Below are positions 45,773 through 64,000 of a DNA stretch of 64,000 bases, piece after piece. The stretch is from the human T2T-CHM13v2.0 reference genome, Homo sapiens, in assembly GCF_009914755.1 (NCBI RefSeq), contig NC_060930.1. One strand, 5' to 3'. Numbering within the stretch: position 1 is the first letter of the stretch; each line of letters begins with the position of its first letter. The notes beneath the pieces are model-generated. The model was not told the DNA's origin, did no database searches, and saw only the letters and a program-made list of their open reading frames with translations. The position numbers were made by a program, and so were the translations under genes.

Positions 45773-46289
45773 CAGTGGTATATCTGTGGGAACGCTGGAT
45801 GTTGCTTTTCCACAAAAGTCCCTTGTGAAACATTTAGGAAGAATCGCAGCTCCAGCTGAGGCCTGATGACCTCCTTCCCATGGCTCTTCTGATTTGGAAA
45901 CAACATCTTAGATCCTGTCCCTGAAGTATCATCCATGAGTCCACTTATCCACTAGCTTCACATCTCTTAGTCCCTGAGAGTTGTTCCTGGCTGCAGTTCT
46001 CTTCCACAGTTCTCTGCCCACTAGTCCTAACCCACCTGTACCCTGAAGAGATGTTTCTTACTTTTACAGTGACCAGATCTGGACTTCCCCATCCAGTGGG
46101 TTCCAAATATACCTTCTCCAGTGAAGCATGACATCCAAACTTGGGAAGGGACTTTTACTAAGTTTGTCCTATTTAAGATACTCTCCTTCAATCTCAGATT
46201 ACCCGTTAGAGTTCTCTTTCTGTCTATAGTTCTCTCCTATCATAGTTTACATAATTCTTTATATTAAGCCTCCCTGTTTAAAGTTAAAA
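45773..46289 (+). mobile_element. ERVL-type LTR fragment (MER73/MER74-like) with poly(A) tail and 13-bp TSD
   Basis: TSD aaaatcagacaag (45760-45772)/aaaaacagacaag (46290-46302). LTR-like end ataattctttatattaagcctccctgtttaaagtt followed by an A run. Confidence 0.7.
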
Positions 46290-48384
46290 AAAAACAGACA
46301 AGGACATAGCAACAATAACAACAAAAATAAAATTACAGATCAATATTCTCAAGGAACATATATGTAAAAATTTTCCAACAAAATACTAGCAAACTGAATT
46401 CAACAACATATTAAAAGATCATTCACCATGATCAAGTGGTATCCCATGGCTGCAAGGATGATTCAACATATGCAAATCAATAAAAGTGATGCATCATATT
46501 AACATAATCAAGGATGAAAACCATATGATTATTTCAATAGATGCTGAAAAAGCATTTGAGAAAATTCGACATCCCTTTATAATAAAAACCCTCAACAAAT
46601 CATGTATAAAAGAAACATAGCCCAACACAGTAGGGATCATATATGACAAACCCACAGCTAACATCACACCAAATTGGTTAGAGTTGAAATATTTTACTCT
46701 AAGATCTAAAACCAAAAAGTGATGTCCAATTTTACTACTTTTATTCCACATAGTGTGGAAAGCTCCAGCCACTGCAATTAGGCAAGAGAAAAAAAAAAGG
46801 GCATGCAAATTGGAAAAGATAAAGTAAAATTGTTCCTGTTTACAGACAAAATGATATATATAGAAAACCCTAAAGATTTCACCCAAAAATTGTGATAATA
46901 AACGAATTTCGTAAAGTTGCAGGATACAAAATTAATATACAAATATTAGTAGAATTTTTACACACCAATAGCAAGCTAAGAAAGAAAGAAACTCCACTTA
47001 CAATACCTAAAAATAAAATAGAACAAAACACCTATGAAGAAACTTAACCAAGGAGGTGAAAGATCTCTACCAAAAAAACTGTAAAATACTGATGAAATAA
47101 GTTGAAGAGTAAATAAATCAATAGAAAGATATCCTGTGGTCATAGAGTAGAAGAATTAACTTTGTTAAAATGCCCATATTACCCAGAGCAATCCACAGAT
47201 TCAATGCAATCCCTATCAAAATGCCAATGACATTCTTGACAGAAATAGAAATAAAGAATTTTAAAATTCATATGGAAATGCAAAAGACCCCAAATTGATG
47301 AAGCAATCTAGAACAAAAATAACAAAATGGGGGCACCAAATTATGTAACTTCAGAATATACTGCAAAGCTACAGTAACCAAAACTACATGACAATGTCAT
47401 AAAAACAGACACACAGACCAAAGGAATAGCATAGAGAACCCAGAAATAAATACATGCATTTAGATCCACCTGATCTTTGACAGAGGCCTCAAGAACACAT
47501 ATTGGGGAAAGGACAGGTTTTTCAGTAAACGTTTCTGGGAAAACTGAATATCTACATACAGAAGAGTAAAACTAGACCCCTATCTCTCACCATATACAAA
47601 AATAAACTATAAATGGAAAAAATACCTGAAATTATAAAACTACTAGAAGAAAATAGAAGAAATGCTACATGAAATTGGATTGGGCAAGGAATTTTTGAAT
47701 AAAACCTCAAAAGCAAAGGCAACAAAAGTGAAAACAGGCAAATGGGATTGTATCTATTTAAAAAGCTTTTGCTCATCAAAGGAAACAATCAATAGAATGA
47801 AAACCTACAGAATGGGAGAAAGTTTTGTAAACTACATTATGATAAGGGGTTAATATTCCGAATACACATGGAACTCAGACAACACAACAGCAAAAAACAA
47901 GTAACCCAATTAATAGGTTGACAAAAGATCTGAGTAGATATTTCTCAAAGAAGACACAAATTGCCAACAGATATATGAGAAAAGCTCAGCATGAGTCATC
48001 ATCAGGAAAATGAAAATCAAAACCACAGTGAGATATCATCTCACCCCAGTCACAGAATGCCTATTAACCATACGCGTTATGGTTAATAAGGAGGAAAAAT
48101 AAATTCTTATGAGGATGTGGAGAGAAGGAAATACTTATACATTGCTGGCAGAAATGTAAATTAGTAAAGCCATTATGGAACACAATATAAAGGTTACTTT
48201 AAAAATTAAAAATATAAATACCATATGAACCAGCAATCTCACTATGGAAATACAAGGGAAGTGAAGCCAGTGTGCTAAAGGTACATCTGGACACCCATAT
48301 TTATTGCAGCTCTATTCACAATAGCTGAGATATGGAATCAACCTAAGTGCTCATCTACAAGGGAATGGATTTTTTTAAATGTGA

Positions 48385-50867
<2,483 letters not shown>

Positions 50868-51339
50868 AAAAAGGAACATTATTTAGACATGAAAAGGAAT
50901 TCAATTCTGTCATTTGCATCAACATAAATGAACATGGATGACATTACATTAAGTGAGATAAGCCAGGCAAAGAAAGACAAACGTCATATGACCCCACTTA
51001 TGTGGAATCTAGAAAACATGATTTTGTAAAAGTAGAAAGTAGAATGGTGGTTATCCGGGGATAGGGAGGGTTGGGGAAAGGGAAAGCCGGGAGAGGTTAT
51101 TCAGCGGGTACAAAGTTACAGTTAGATAGGAAGAATAAGTCTTAGTTCCCTATTACACAGTAGGGTGACTATAGCAAATAACAGTTACACCAATTTGATC
51201 ATTATGCTATGTATAATGCACTGAAACATTACATGGTACCCAATTAAATATGTGCAATTTGTATGTGTTAATTATACATAAAAGCTTAAATGAAAAAATA
51301 CTGTGTTTAAAACTGAATCAGTTTCAGAATACAAGTGTT

Positions 51340-53608
<2,269 letters not shown>

Positions 53609-54384
53609 AAGTGTTGTTTTGAAAAGTATTAGTTATAAGATCAGTTTTTAAAAGAGCTCTAATAGGCCTATGCCATGAGGGAATATAGCTTATTAATCTA
53701 GCTTATTCAATCAGAAGGGTTTAATTACAGAAGAATCTGGGAATTACAACGAATTGCTTACTGAGTGTCTAAGCAATGATCATGAAAACTGAAGAGCTCA
53801 TTAAATTGGTAAATGACCAAAAAACTTACACTTGACAGAAGAAAAACCAAGACATAATAAAAAATCTGCGACATCTGGATGTTTAAAGACTATAATATCA
53901 AGAGGGGTCTCCAAGAAAGCGGTTTTAAATAAGCATATCAAGTCTAAGTCCAAGCATTCTCATGACTAACTACAAAGGTATAATATAAGAAGTGTGTGTC
54001 ATATGTGAATACAAATGTAGAGTCATAATATTTAAAATTTTTGAATTACTGAACTACTACAAAACAGAAAATGTACCTATTTCATTTAAATGTTGATTTA
54101 TGAGTAGTAACATGAACTTTTAAAAAATGTTGAGTGAAAAATGCTAGCTGCAAAAAGATATGAGTAATATTACTTGAGAAGTGCTATTAATACATATGTT
54201 GAACAATGAGCATAAAGCAGACTATCCTGGACAAACCAAGATGTAAGTCCTCATAAATATTATATTGTTAATAGAAAATTTAAAACACATAAAATAATAC
54301 TATAGAAACATGTTTCATGAATATATTTAAAAATCATAAACATATTTTGGGAGTGAGGAAAGAGAGAACTGAATCTTATATACA

Positions 54385-54822
54385 TGTTTTTATGACTTGG
54401 GGAAGCATCCCATGCTTTAAAATAAAGTAAGTGCTCCCATGAGCTGAGCAGAGAAGATTGGCTTTATAGTCAGAAAAGGGCTAAAGGAAGCATAAATGAA
54501 GAATTAATCCTGGAAAACAACAATAAAACAAAGGCAGATTGGTTGTTTCAAAGTTACTTCCCATATGGAGTTAAAATAGAGGAACCTTTTGGTTAACTGC
54601 ATGCCTTCTGATTGGTTGCTGTGATGCTTCTGTGATTTTGTTGGTTTGTTTTTTGTTTTCTTATTTATTTTCTTTGTTTTTGTTTTGAAAACTGGCTTGT
54701 TTCAAAGTTCACTTTGATTACGTGGCACTTAGCCCAGGTGACTCTTCTGGTTTGGCCTGGTCTGCTGGAGTTTAGCGCAGGAGCTGTCCAAAACAATGAC
54801 CTCCCATAATTTTTGTTTAGCA
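54385..54822 (-). mobile_element. ERV1-class solo LTR (MER90/MER93-like, uncertain)
   Basis: The minus strand starts TGCTAAACAAAAATTATGGGAGGTCATTGTTTTGGAC. Confidence 0.6.
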
Positions 54823-55400
54823 TATGGTAGGCTGAATAATAGTCTCCCAACGATGTCCAAATCCTAATTGTTGGAACTATGAAGATGTAAGTTTACATGG
54901 CAATGGAAAATTAAGATTGCTAATTGAAATTAAGGTTGCTAATTGGCTGACTTTATGATAGGAATATTATCCTGGATTATCCCAAGTGGGCCCAATGTAA
55001 TCACAGGGGTCCTTAAAGGTGGAAGAGGGGGCAGAAAAGGAGGCCCAGGGCTGTGATGTGAGAAAGATTCAACCTATCATTGCTGTCTTTGAACATGAAG
55101 GAAGGAGTTCATGAACCAAGGATGTTGGCAGTCTCAGAAAGGGAAAGGGAGTGAGAAAGGAAAAGGGGAAGGGAAAGGAAATGAAAGGGCAGAGGGAAAA
55201 GGCGAGGAAAAAGGAAAGGATGGGAAAGGAAAGGAAAATTTCTCTCTTAAGAGCCTCCAGAAGGAATGCAGCCCTACTGGCACCTTGATTTTAGTCCAGT
55301 AAGGCCCATGTCAGATTTCTGACTTCCAAAATAATAAATATTATTTATTTATATATTATTAATAATATATTAGTTATAAGCTGGTAAGTTTCTTGGAGTT
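54823..55400 (+). mobile_element. MLT1D/E MaLR LTR with an internal purine-rich expansion (55135-55238)
   Basis: ggtaggctgaataatagtctcccaa...attatcctggattatccc..gggcccaatgtaatcacagggg...gagcctccagaaggaatgcagccc. Confidence 0.8.
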
Positions 55401-55658
55401 TAATGTGATAGCTCTAAAAAACTTGCTTTCTTTCATTAAGGCAAAAATTATAAAACTTGTGGGGTAGGAATGAGTATCTGTTCTATTATATATATTTATA
55501 TAATGTATACTTTAAAATTAAATAAAAATAAGTAGCATACATATAGCTAAATATAAGTAGAATTATTTTGGCTTAGTATTCATTTAATGTTGATTTAAAG
55601 AAACAGTGGTTTGCAAAAAATATATTTGAATATATTTAAACATATTACTGTAAAATTA

Positions 55659-55740
55659 ATGATATGGTTTAGATCTGTGTTCCTACCCAAATCTCATGTT
55701 GAATTGTAATCCCAAATATGGGAAATGGGGCCTGCCTGGT
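55659..55740 (+). mobile_element. MST/THE1 LTR 5' fragment
   Basis: tgatatggtttagatctgtgttcctacccaaatctcatgttgaattgtaatccc. Confidence 0.75.
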
Positions 55741-57279
55741 GGCATAGTCTAATCTTTTTAACAATTTAAAGTATAATTTTTTTAACAATTTCTGGATTAT
55801 CTTTGTTATTATATGTCAACAATAACCAATAACTGAAGTAACTGTAACTTTACTGCACTATGTGCAGGTGAGGATAATTACTTTCTTTAAGATTTTGTTG
55901 CACTCAAACTTTATAAATATATGATCAAATCAGAATAATGCAACAACATTGAAAAGCATTAAGACACAAGAAGAAAAAACAGTCAGTCAGTCACAAACCA
56001 CATATAATCCTAACTAAATTGTTAAATTGGCTGAATATGTTGTAAGTTTATAGTTCTAGAAGTAGAAACAGTAATTTTTCCCTTCCAACCAGCAAAATAA
56101 ATTTTTAAAGGCAAACTTCTGATTATAGTTTATTCTTTCATAAAGATGTTGGCAACCGACCTAGTCCCCACCTTGCAGAGATATTCTTGGATAAGTTTTA
56201 CTGTATTCTTCCTTCCTTTAGGTCCTGAGTTATATTTATTAGCTCTTAGTCTTAGACATATTGTAAAGTTGCAGGGTGATGCTTCTGACTCATACAAGAG
56301 AAGTCCAGCCTCTTTCTAGGAACTTTGTTTTCCTTTAGTCTACCACTCTGAATACAGCCTATTTCATCATGTGTGGTTTGCAAACATTGTCAGCTAACAG
56401 TATTTTACTTTTAATTTTTCTTCTAATTGCTGCTAAAAAGTGTTCTCTTTGCAATTATTTTGACCCAACAATTTATGTAAATAAATCTTTACCACATAGC
56501 AATCTTCTCAGTAATATTTTTAAGTATTAGCACTAAATACTAGCAGCTTAAAATCATTTATGTTCATTGACTGTTTTATTTTCCCAACATGTCTATTACT
56601 TATTTTTCCCATTAGTAGTGTGTTTCCGTTCTTTGTTATTTTCAGTGTAAGCAATGATTTTTAGATATATATTACCTTTTATGATAATTAATTTATATTA
56701 ATAGATAATCCCTGCACAAAATACATGTTTAATAGGAAGAAATTAAATGAAAGCTAGGTCTCCCACCCACTCTGTATGCCAGTCGATCTATTTAATCCCC
56801 CTTCATAGTTTTTATTAATAATTTTTATCTATCTTTCTGTGGATATTCTAGGTGTTTATAAGTGTATGAATGCATTTGTAATTTTAAGCCAAGTGTATAA
56901 TTTACAAAGTGTTATAAATTCTAGCTTTTTTCTCGAAATAATATAGCTCATTGAATATTTCATATTGATACAAATAGACCTGCCTTTGTGTTTTTAACTT
57001 CTGCCTAGCATTCTATTAACAATTCCTACCCTCATTTACTAAATTGTCTCATATATGGACATTTGGATTTTTCTCAATTTTGTATTATTACAAATAATGA
57101 TTCAGTAATTATTTTAATACATAAACCTCTGAAAAATTTTTGAAATACAGATGAAGGATAAATTCCCAAAGGTAAAAATTCTGGATAGAAGAATAGGTGT
57201 ATTTGTGATAGATAGATAGTAAGTAGACAATTTGATTGCCAAAATATACTCCATAGTAATTGATGAAATCATTTTTTGT

Positions 57280-60200
57280 AATTTTTTAAATTTTTAATGT
57301 TTTTTGGTACATAGCAGGTATATAGATTTATGGGGTACGTGAGATATTTTGATACAGGCATGCAATGCATAATAATCACATAAGGATAAATGGAGTATCC
57401 ATTATTTCAAGCATTTATCATGTATTTGTGTTATAAACAATCTATACTTTTAAAAATGTACAATAGATTATTTTTAACTGTAGTCACTCTACTGTGCTAT
57501 CAAATACTAGATCTCATTCATTCCATATAACTATATTTTTGTACCCATTAACAAAACCCTTTCTAGCCCCTGGTAACCATTATTCTACTCTCTAATCTCC
57601 ATGAGTTCAGTTGTTTCCATTTTTAGCTCCCACGAATAAGTGAGAACATGTGAATTTTGACTTTCTGTGCCTGGCTAATTTTACTTAACATAATGACTTC
57701 TGATTCCATCCATGTTGCTGCAAATAACAGGATCTTATTCTTTTTTATTGTGTACAAGTAGTAAATTTTCTTTATTCATTTTTTGGTGGCCACTTAGGTT
57801 GCTTCCAAATCTTGGCTATTGTGAACAGTGCTGCAGCAAACATGGGAGGGCAGATATCTCTTCAATATACTGATTTCTTTTCTTTGGAATATATGCTTAG
57901 CAGTGAAATTGCTGGATAATATTTTTAGTTTCTTGAGGAAACTCCAAACAGTTCTCCATAGTGGTCGTACTAATTTCCATTCCCCCAAACAGTGCAAACA
58001 TGTAGCTTTTTCTCCACATCCTTGCCAGCATTTGCTATTATGTGCCTTTAGGGTAAAAATGATTTTAACTGGGGTTAGATAATATCTAATTGTAGTTTTG
58101 ATTTGCATTTCTCTGATGATTAATGATGTTGAGTACCATTTCGTATCCTTGTTTGCTATTTTTATGTCGTCTTCTGAGAAATGTCTATTCAGATGTTTTG
58201 CTCATTTTTTAATCAACTTATTAGATTTTTTTCCTATAGAATTGGTTGAGCTCCGTTATATTCTGGCTAAAATCCCTTTACAGAGGGGTAGTTTGGAAAT
58301 ATTTTTTTCATTCTGTGGGTTGTCTATTTGTTGATTGTTCCCCTCAATGTGCAGAAGCTTTTTAACCTTATGTGATCCCATTTGTCCATTTTTGCTTTGG
58401 TTGCCTGTTCTTGTAGGATATTACTCAAGAAATCTTTGCCCAGTCCAATGTCCTGGAGATTTTCCCCAATGTTTTCTTTTAGTAATTTCATAGTTTGAGG
58501 TCTTAGGCTTAAGTCTTTAGTGCATTTTGTTTGATTTTTGTGTAAGACAAAAGATAAGGGCCTAGTTTCATTCTTCTGCATGAAGAATGGGTATCCAGTT
58601 TTTCCAGCACCATTTATTGGCCCGACAAGTCCCCCACATGCATTCTTGGAATCTTTGTTGAAAATGAGTTACCTGTAGATGTGTAAATTTATTTCTGGAT
58701 TTTCTATTCTGTTTCATTGGTGTATGTGTCTGTTTTTATGCTAGTACCGTGCTGTTTTGGTTACTGTAGCCCTTTAATATAATTTGAAGTCAGATAATGT
58801 GATTCCTCCAGTTTAGTTCTTTTTGCTTTGGATAGCTTTGGCTATTCTGGGTCTTTTGTGGTTCGATATAATTTTCTTTCTTTTTTTTTTTTTTTTTTTT
58901 TTTTGAGACAGTTTCGCTCTTGTTGCCCAGGTTGGAGTGCAATGGCGCGATCTCGGCTAACTGCAACCTCCGCCTCCTGCCTCAGCCTCCTGAGTAGCTG
59001 TGATCACAGGCATGCACCACCATGCCTGGCTAATTTTGTATTTTTAGTAGAGACGACAGGGTTTCTCCGTGTTGTTCAGGCTGGTCTCGACCTCCTGACT
59101 TCAGGTGATCCACCTGCCTCGGCCTCCCAAAGTGCTGGGGTTACAGGCATGAGCCACCCTGCCCGGTCAAATTTAAGGATTGTTTTTGCTGTTTCTGTGA
59201 AGAATGTCATTGGTATATTAATAGGAATTGCATTGAATCTATAGATGACTTTGTGTAGTATGGACATTTTAGCAGTGTTGATTCTTCCAAAACATGAACA
59301 TAAAATATATTTCAACTTTTTTGTGTCCTTTTCAATTTCTGTCAGCAGTGCTCTACAGTTTTCATTGTAGAAATCTTTCACTTTTGGGGTTAATTTAATT
59401 CCTAGGTATTTGATTTTATTTGTAGTTATTTTAAATGGAATTACTTTCTTGATTTCTTTTTTAGATTGTTTGCTGTTGGCATATATAAATGGTACTAATT
59501 TTTGTATGTTTATTTTGTATCCTGCAACTTTACTGAATTTGTTTATTAGTTCTAATAGATTTTTGGGTTTTTTTGGAGTTTTTAGGTTTTTCCAAATGTA
59601 AGATCATATCATCTGCAAATAAAAATAATTTGACTTCTGCCATTTCGATTTGTATGTCCTGTATTTCTTTCTCTTTTCTGATTGCTCTAGTTGGACTTCC
59701 ATACTATATTGAATAACAGTGGTGAAAGTGGGTATCTTTGTTGTGTTCTAGATGTTAGAGGAAAGGCTTCAGTTTTCCCCCATTCAGTATATACTATTTG
59801 AGGGTCTGTTATATATGGCTTTTATTATGTTGAGGTATGTTCCTTCTATACCCAGTTTTTTTAGGGGTTTTTATCATAAAAGGATGTTGAACTTCAGCAA
59901 AGCTTTTTTAGCATCAATTGAAATGATCATATTGTTTTTGTTCTTCTTTCCCTTGATATGATGTATCACATTGATTGATTTGAATATGTTGAACCATGTT
60001 TGCATCTCAAGGGTAAATCCCACTTGGTTGTGATGAATGACTTTTTAATGCGTTGTTGAATTTGATTTGCTAGTATTTTGTTAATAATTTTTGCATCAGT
60101 GTTCAAGGATATTGGCATGTAGTTTGTTTTTTGATGTATCTTCTGTCTGAATTTGGTATTTGGGTAATGTTGGCCATGTAGAACAAGTTTGGGAGTGAGT

Positions 60201-61290
60201 ATTCCCTTCTCCTCTACTTTATAGAATAATTTGAATAGGATTGGTATTAGTTCCTTTTTAAATGTTTGGTAAAATTCAGCAGTGAAGCCATTGGGTCTGG
60301 GCTTTTCTTTGATGAGAGACTATTACGGCTTTGATATCATTACTTGCTATTGGTCTGTTCAGATTTTGGTTTCTTCATGGTTCAAACTTGGTAAATTATA
60401 TGGGTCTAGGGATTTATCCATTTCTTCCAGGTTTTTCAGTTTATTGGCATATAGTTGCTCATAATAGCCTCTAATGACCCTTTGAATTTCTGTAGTCTTG
60501 GTTGTAATATTTCCTTTCCATCATCTCTAATTTTATTTGGGTCTTCTTTTTTTTTTTTTTTTTTTTACTTTAGTCTAGCTAAAGGTTTGTCATTTTATTT
60601 TTTCAAAAAAAAAACACAACTGTTCATTTTGTTGATCTTTTGTGTTGTTTTCTTCATTTCAATTTTATTTATGCACTGATCTTTATTATTTCTTTAATTC
60701 TATTATTTCTGGATTTAGACTGCTCTTGCTTTTCTTTCTATTTAAGATATATTGTTAGGTTTTTCATTTGAAGTTTTCTTCTACTTTTTTGATGTAGATA
60801 CTTATAGTTAAAAATGTTCCTTATATTACAGCCTTCACTATATCCCATAGGTTTTGGTATGTTGCATTTCCATTATCATTTGTTTCAAGAAATTTTTAAA
60901 TTTTATTTTAAATTTTTTTATTGACCCTCCGATCATTCAAGAGTATATTGCTTAATTTCCATGTGTTCAGACGGTCTCCAAAATTCCTGTTATTATTTCC
61001 TAGTTGTATTAAATTGTGGTCATAACTACAATTATTATATTATCTTGTTTAATTGGCAACCTTGCATTATGTACCAACCTTCTTTGTCTCTTTTTATAGT
61101 TTTTGTCTTGAAACACATTTTTTTCTGCTGTAAGTATAGCTATTCTTGCTCTTTTTTGATTTTCATTTGCCTGTAATATCTTTTGCCAACCGTTTCTTTT
61201 TATTCTATGTGTGCCTTTATTGGTGAACTGTTTTTTTTTAGGCAACAAATCAATGGGTCTTTTACAAAATTTCTTTATTTCACCACTCCA
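57280..61290 (-). mobile_element. L1MA2/3-type LINE-1 (3'UTR and ORF2), internally deleted, with a nested Alu
   Basis: L1MA 3'UTR (ggtacatagcaggtatatagatttatggggtac..gatacaggcatgcaatg) and antisense ORF2 fragments. Confidence 0.85.
58876..59168 (-). mobile_element. AluS (Sp/Sq-like) with a ~19-bp internal deletion
   Basis: Poly(T), gtttcgctcttgttgcccagg..gcaatggcgcgatctcgg, dimeric structure. Confidence 0.92.
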
Positions 61291-61693
61291 TGTCTTTCTT
61301 TTTATTTTATGATATCATTGTTTTAAAAAAATTTCCTTCAGGGACCAAATAACTAAATAATAATATGCTGCACTTAACAATATCTGTATACCTCAATAAC
61401 AAAATGGGACTACCTCATAAATTTAAAATGACTATATAATTATAACCAAAATAGTTTAATTCCAGAATCAAACTTTGAGAGAACTGAGGAGAAGGCAGGC
61501 AGAGAGATCCTTGTGGTATAATATTTTGGTTTTTGCTTCAGGATTTTTGTTGGAGTCTTTTAAAAATCAAATCAAAATACATTTTGTAGGCAATGCTAGT
61601 TTGATTTAGTCTAAAATAACCTAATTTACATAGAATACAGGGGAAAGGATTCTGTGGCTAGATATTTTTCATAGTTTGCTTGCATTTAATTAG

Positions 61694-62090
<397 letters not shown>

Positions 62091-63304
62091 AGTTTGTATA
62101 TTTTATAATAGCAAAAAAGAGAGTGTAAAAGACACATTCAATTTTGGACTCTGAAATTCGGTATTTTCAAATTTTATATCTCATCTGCTTTTCTTGTCTA
62201 ACTAACTCTCCAGGAAAAGAAAAGCTCATATATTTCCTTGATCTCTTCTTAACACTCTCAAGTGTCTTTAGAAAGGGTTTACATATTGATTGACATGAAA
62301 ACATTTCTTGATGAATATTTTATGCATTAAAGAAATATATTAAACTCTGATTGCCTATGGCACAATGTAGACATTAACTTCTCTTTTTAAAAGAAAGAAT
62401 CCATTAAGGAAAACATTGCAGAATCATAATAGACTTGTGTAAAAATCCACAATAATTTCCCATTTCATAAACAATGTCATTTTAAGTACATTAGAAAATA
62501 TTAATTTTTCATTCAGCTATTTCCAGGACTTGGGTTCCTGCATTATATTTTTATCACTTTACAATTTTCAATAGATTTCCAAATCCTAGAAAATTCAATA
62601 CTTATTGCATGTCTCCAGAAAACAACCAATTCCCAGTTGTATATGAGGGAATTAATAAGTCTAAATTTTAGGAAGGTAATATCAAACCCATAAAACAAAG
62701 TCATATAAACTAAGCAATTCTTATGTATTCCTCATGCCATTAAATAGCCAGTTACTAATTGAAAAGTAATATGCACACACACACCCATGCACACTCAGTC
62801 ACATGCACACACAAGCATCATTTTTTATTAACTCAACCAATTATTTTTTGTCAAACAACTGGTGAATTAAACATCATATATAGCTAAATCTATAGATTAT
62901 TAGATTTAGTGAGGTTAGATTATTACAAGTCTCACTGTACACTCAATTCAAAGTTTCAGCTCATCTAAACATATATATAGTATTGTAATGTTTATATCTA
63001 TAATATCTATAATAGATAAAAACTTTATATTATATATGTATCTCTCATAGCACATTATACATTTTTTTCCTTCTTCCAGTAGATGAAGTAGAAATGTATA
63101 CCTTCTCCTGACCCCATTAGACTGATGGTGATATATAAGGTGACTTACCCAAAGTCACTCATCAAATCCTCACAACTACCTTACATATGCAGCATCTGTA
63201 GAATGGATCAATAATACTGAGTTTATAAGGGCTTAAAACTGTGTCTGTCACATACCAAATCATCGCTTAATAAATATTAAATGCTCTATTAAGAAGATGG
63301 ATGA

Positions 63305-63603
63305 TTGGTTTTCTGTCCTTGCGATAGTTTTCTCAGAATCATGCCAAACACTGCATGTTCTCATTCACAGGTGGGAATTGAACAATGAGAACACTTGGAC
63401 ACAGGGTGGGGAACATCACACACCAGGGCCTGTTGTGGGGTGGGGGGAGAGGGGAGGGATAGCATTAGGAGAATACCTAATGTAAATGACGAGTTAATGG
63501 GTGGAGCACACCAACATGGCACTTGTATACATATGTAACAAACCTGTACATTTTGCACATGTACCCTAGCACTGAAAGTATAATAATAATTTAAAAAAAG
63601 AAG
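63305..63603 (+). mobile_element. Very short twin-primed L1PA (approx. PA5-6) 3' end
   Basis: 39-bp inverted piece (63305-63343), then sense 3'UTR. Perfect 14-bp TSD aagaagatggatga (63291-63304; 63604-63617). Confidence 0.92.
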
Positions 63604-63719
63604 AAGAAGATGGATGAATCACTACTGCTATGAGTCTCCAGCTAGGTCCAGGACTTATTTGCATATATAAAGCTTACCATTTGAAGTCGAGTTTGTTGAA
63701 AAAGAACTCAGAATTTGGA

Positions 63720-63920
63720 GCCCTTATAATAGATTAATTCATGCAATCTTTATAACAACTCTGCGAAGTAGTTGCTGTTATTAGCCACATTTCACAGATG
63801 AGGAAACTAAGTCACAGAGTCAAGTCACTGGCTAATTTGTTATAGTTTATAAAACAAGGATATGAACCTAAGTAGTTTGATTCAATGGCAAGGACAGTAA
63901 AGCCCTGCATTATATTGTCA
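63720..63920 (-). mobile_element. MIR
   Basis: ccacatttcacagatgaggaaactaagtcacagag core. Confidence 0.75.
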
Positions 63921-64000
63921 TAAGAACATAGACTCTCTGAGGCTCAAGGATTCCAGAAAGAGAATTCTTTCTGTAGATACATTTAAGGTCTACAAGAGAA

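Noticed and set aside
55111-55302. G/K/E-rich ORF
   Set aside because: Purine simple-repeat expansion inside an MLT1 LTR.

Overview
This is AT-rich primate (hominid, most likely human) DNA that is almost all interspersed repeats, and I found no credible host protein-coding exon. Nearly all ORF-track entries are fragments or antisense shadows of LINE-1, ERV, SVA or Alu. Main contents: (i) a complete ~6.5 kb two-LTR class I provirus (LTR2B/Harlequin-type, tRNA-Glu PBS, 4-bp TSD) with mosaic gag/env/pol remnants, a G-to-A hypermutation signature and a duplicated splice donor; (ii) an L1PA3-type LINE-1 whose 5'UTR is precisely spliced (SpIRE 97/622), carrying a nested SVA, all inside an old L1MC; (iii) an old near-full-length L1MA with four nested insertions; (iv) three twin-primed inverted L1s, one holding a composite locally templated insertion; (v) two LTR fragments ending in poly(A) just after their poly(A) signal, apparently L1-retrocopied transcript 3' ends; (vi) MER82, Tigger2a, MaLR/ERV LTRs, two Alus and MIR/L2 relics; (vii) short unique islands at ~14-18.5 kb and ~29-31 kb with a minisatellite, promoter-like motifs and splice-site candidates. 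Subfamily names come from recalled consensus features, not a database search, and boundaries of old elements are approximate.
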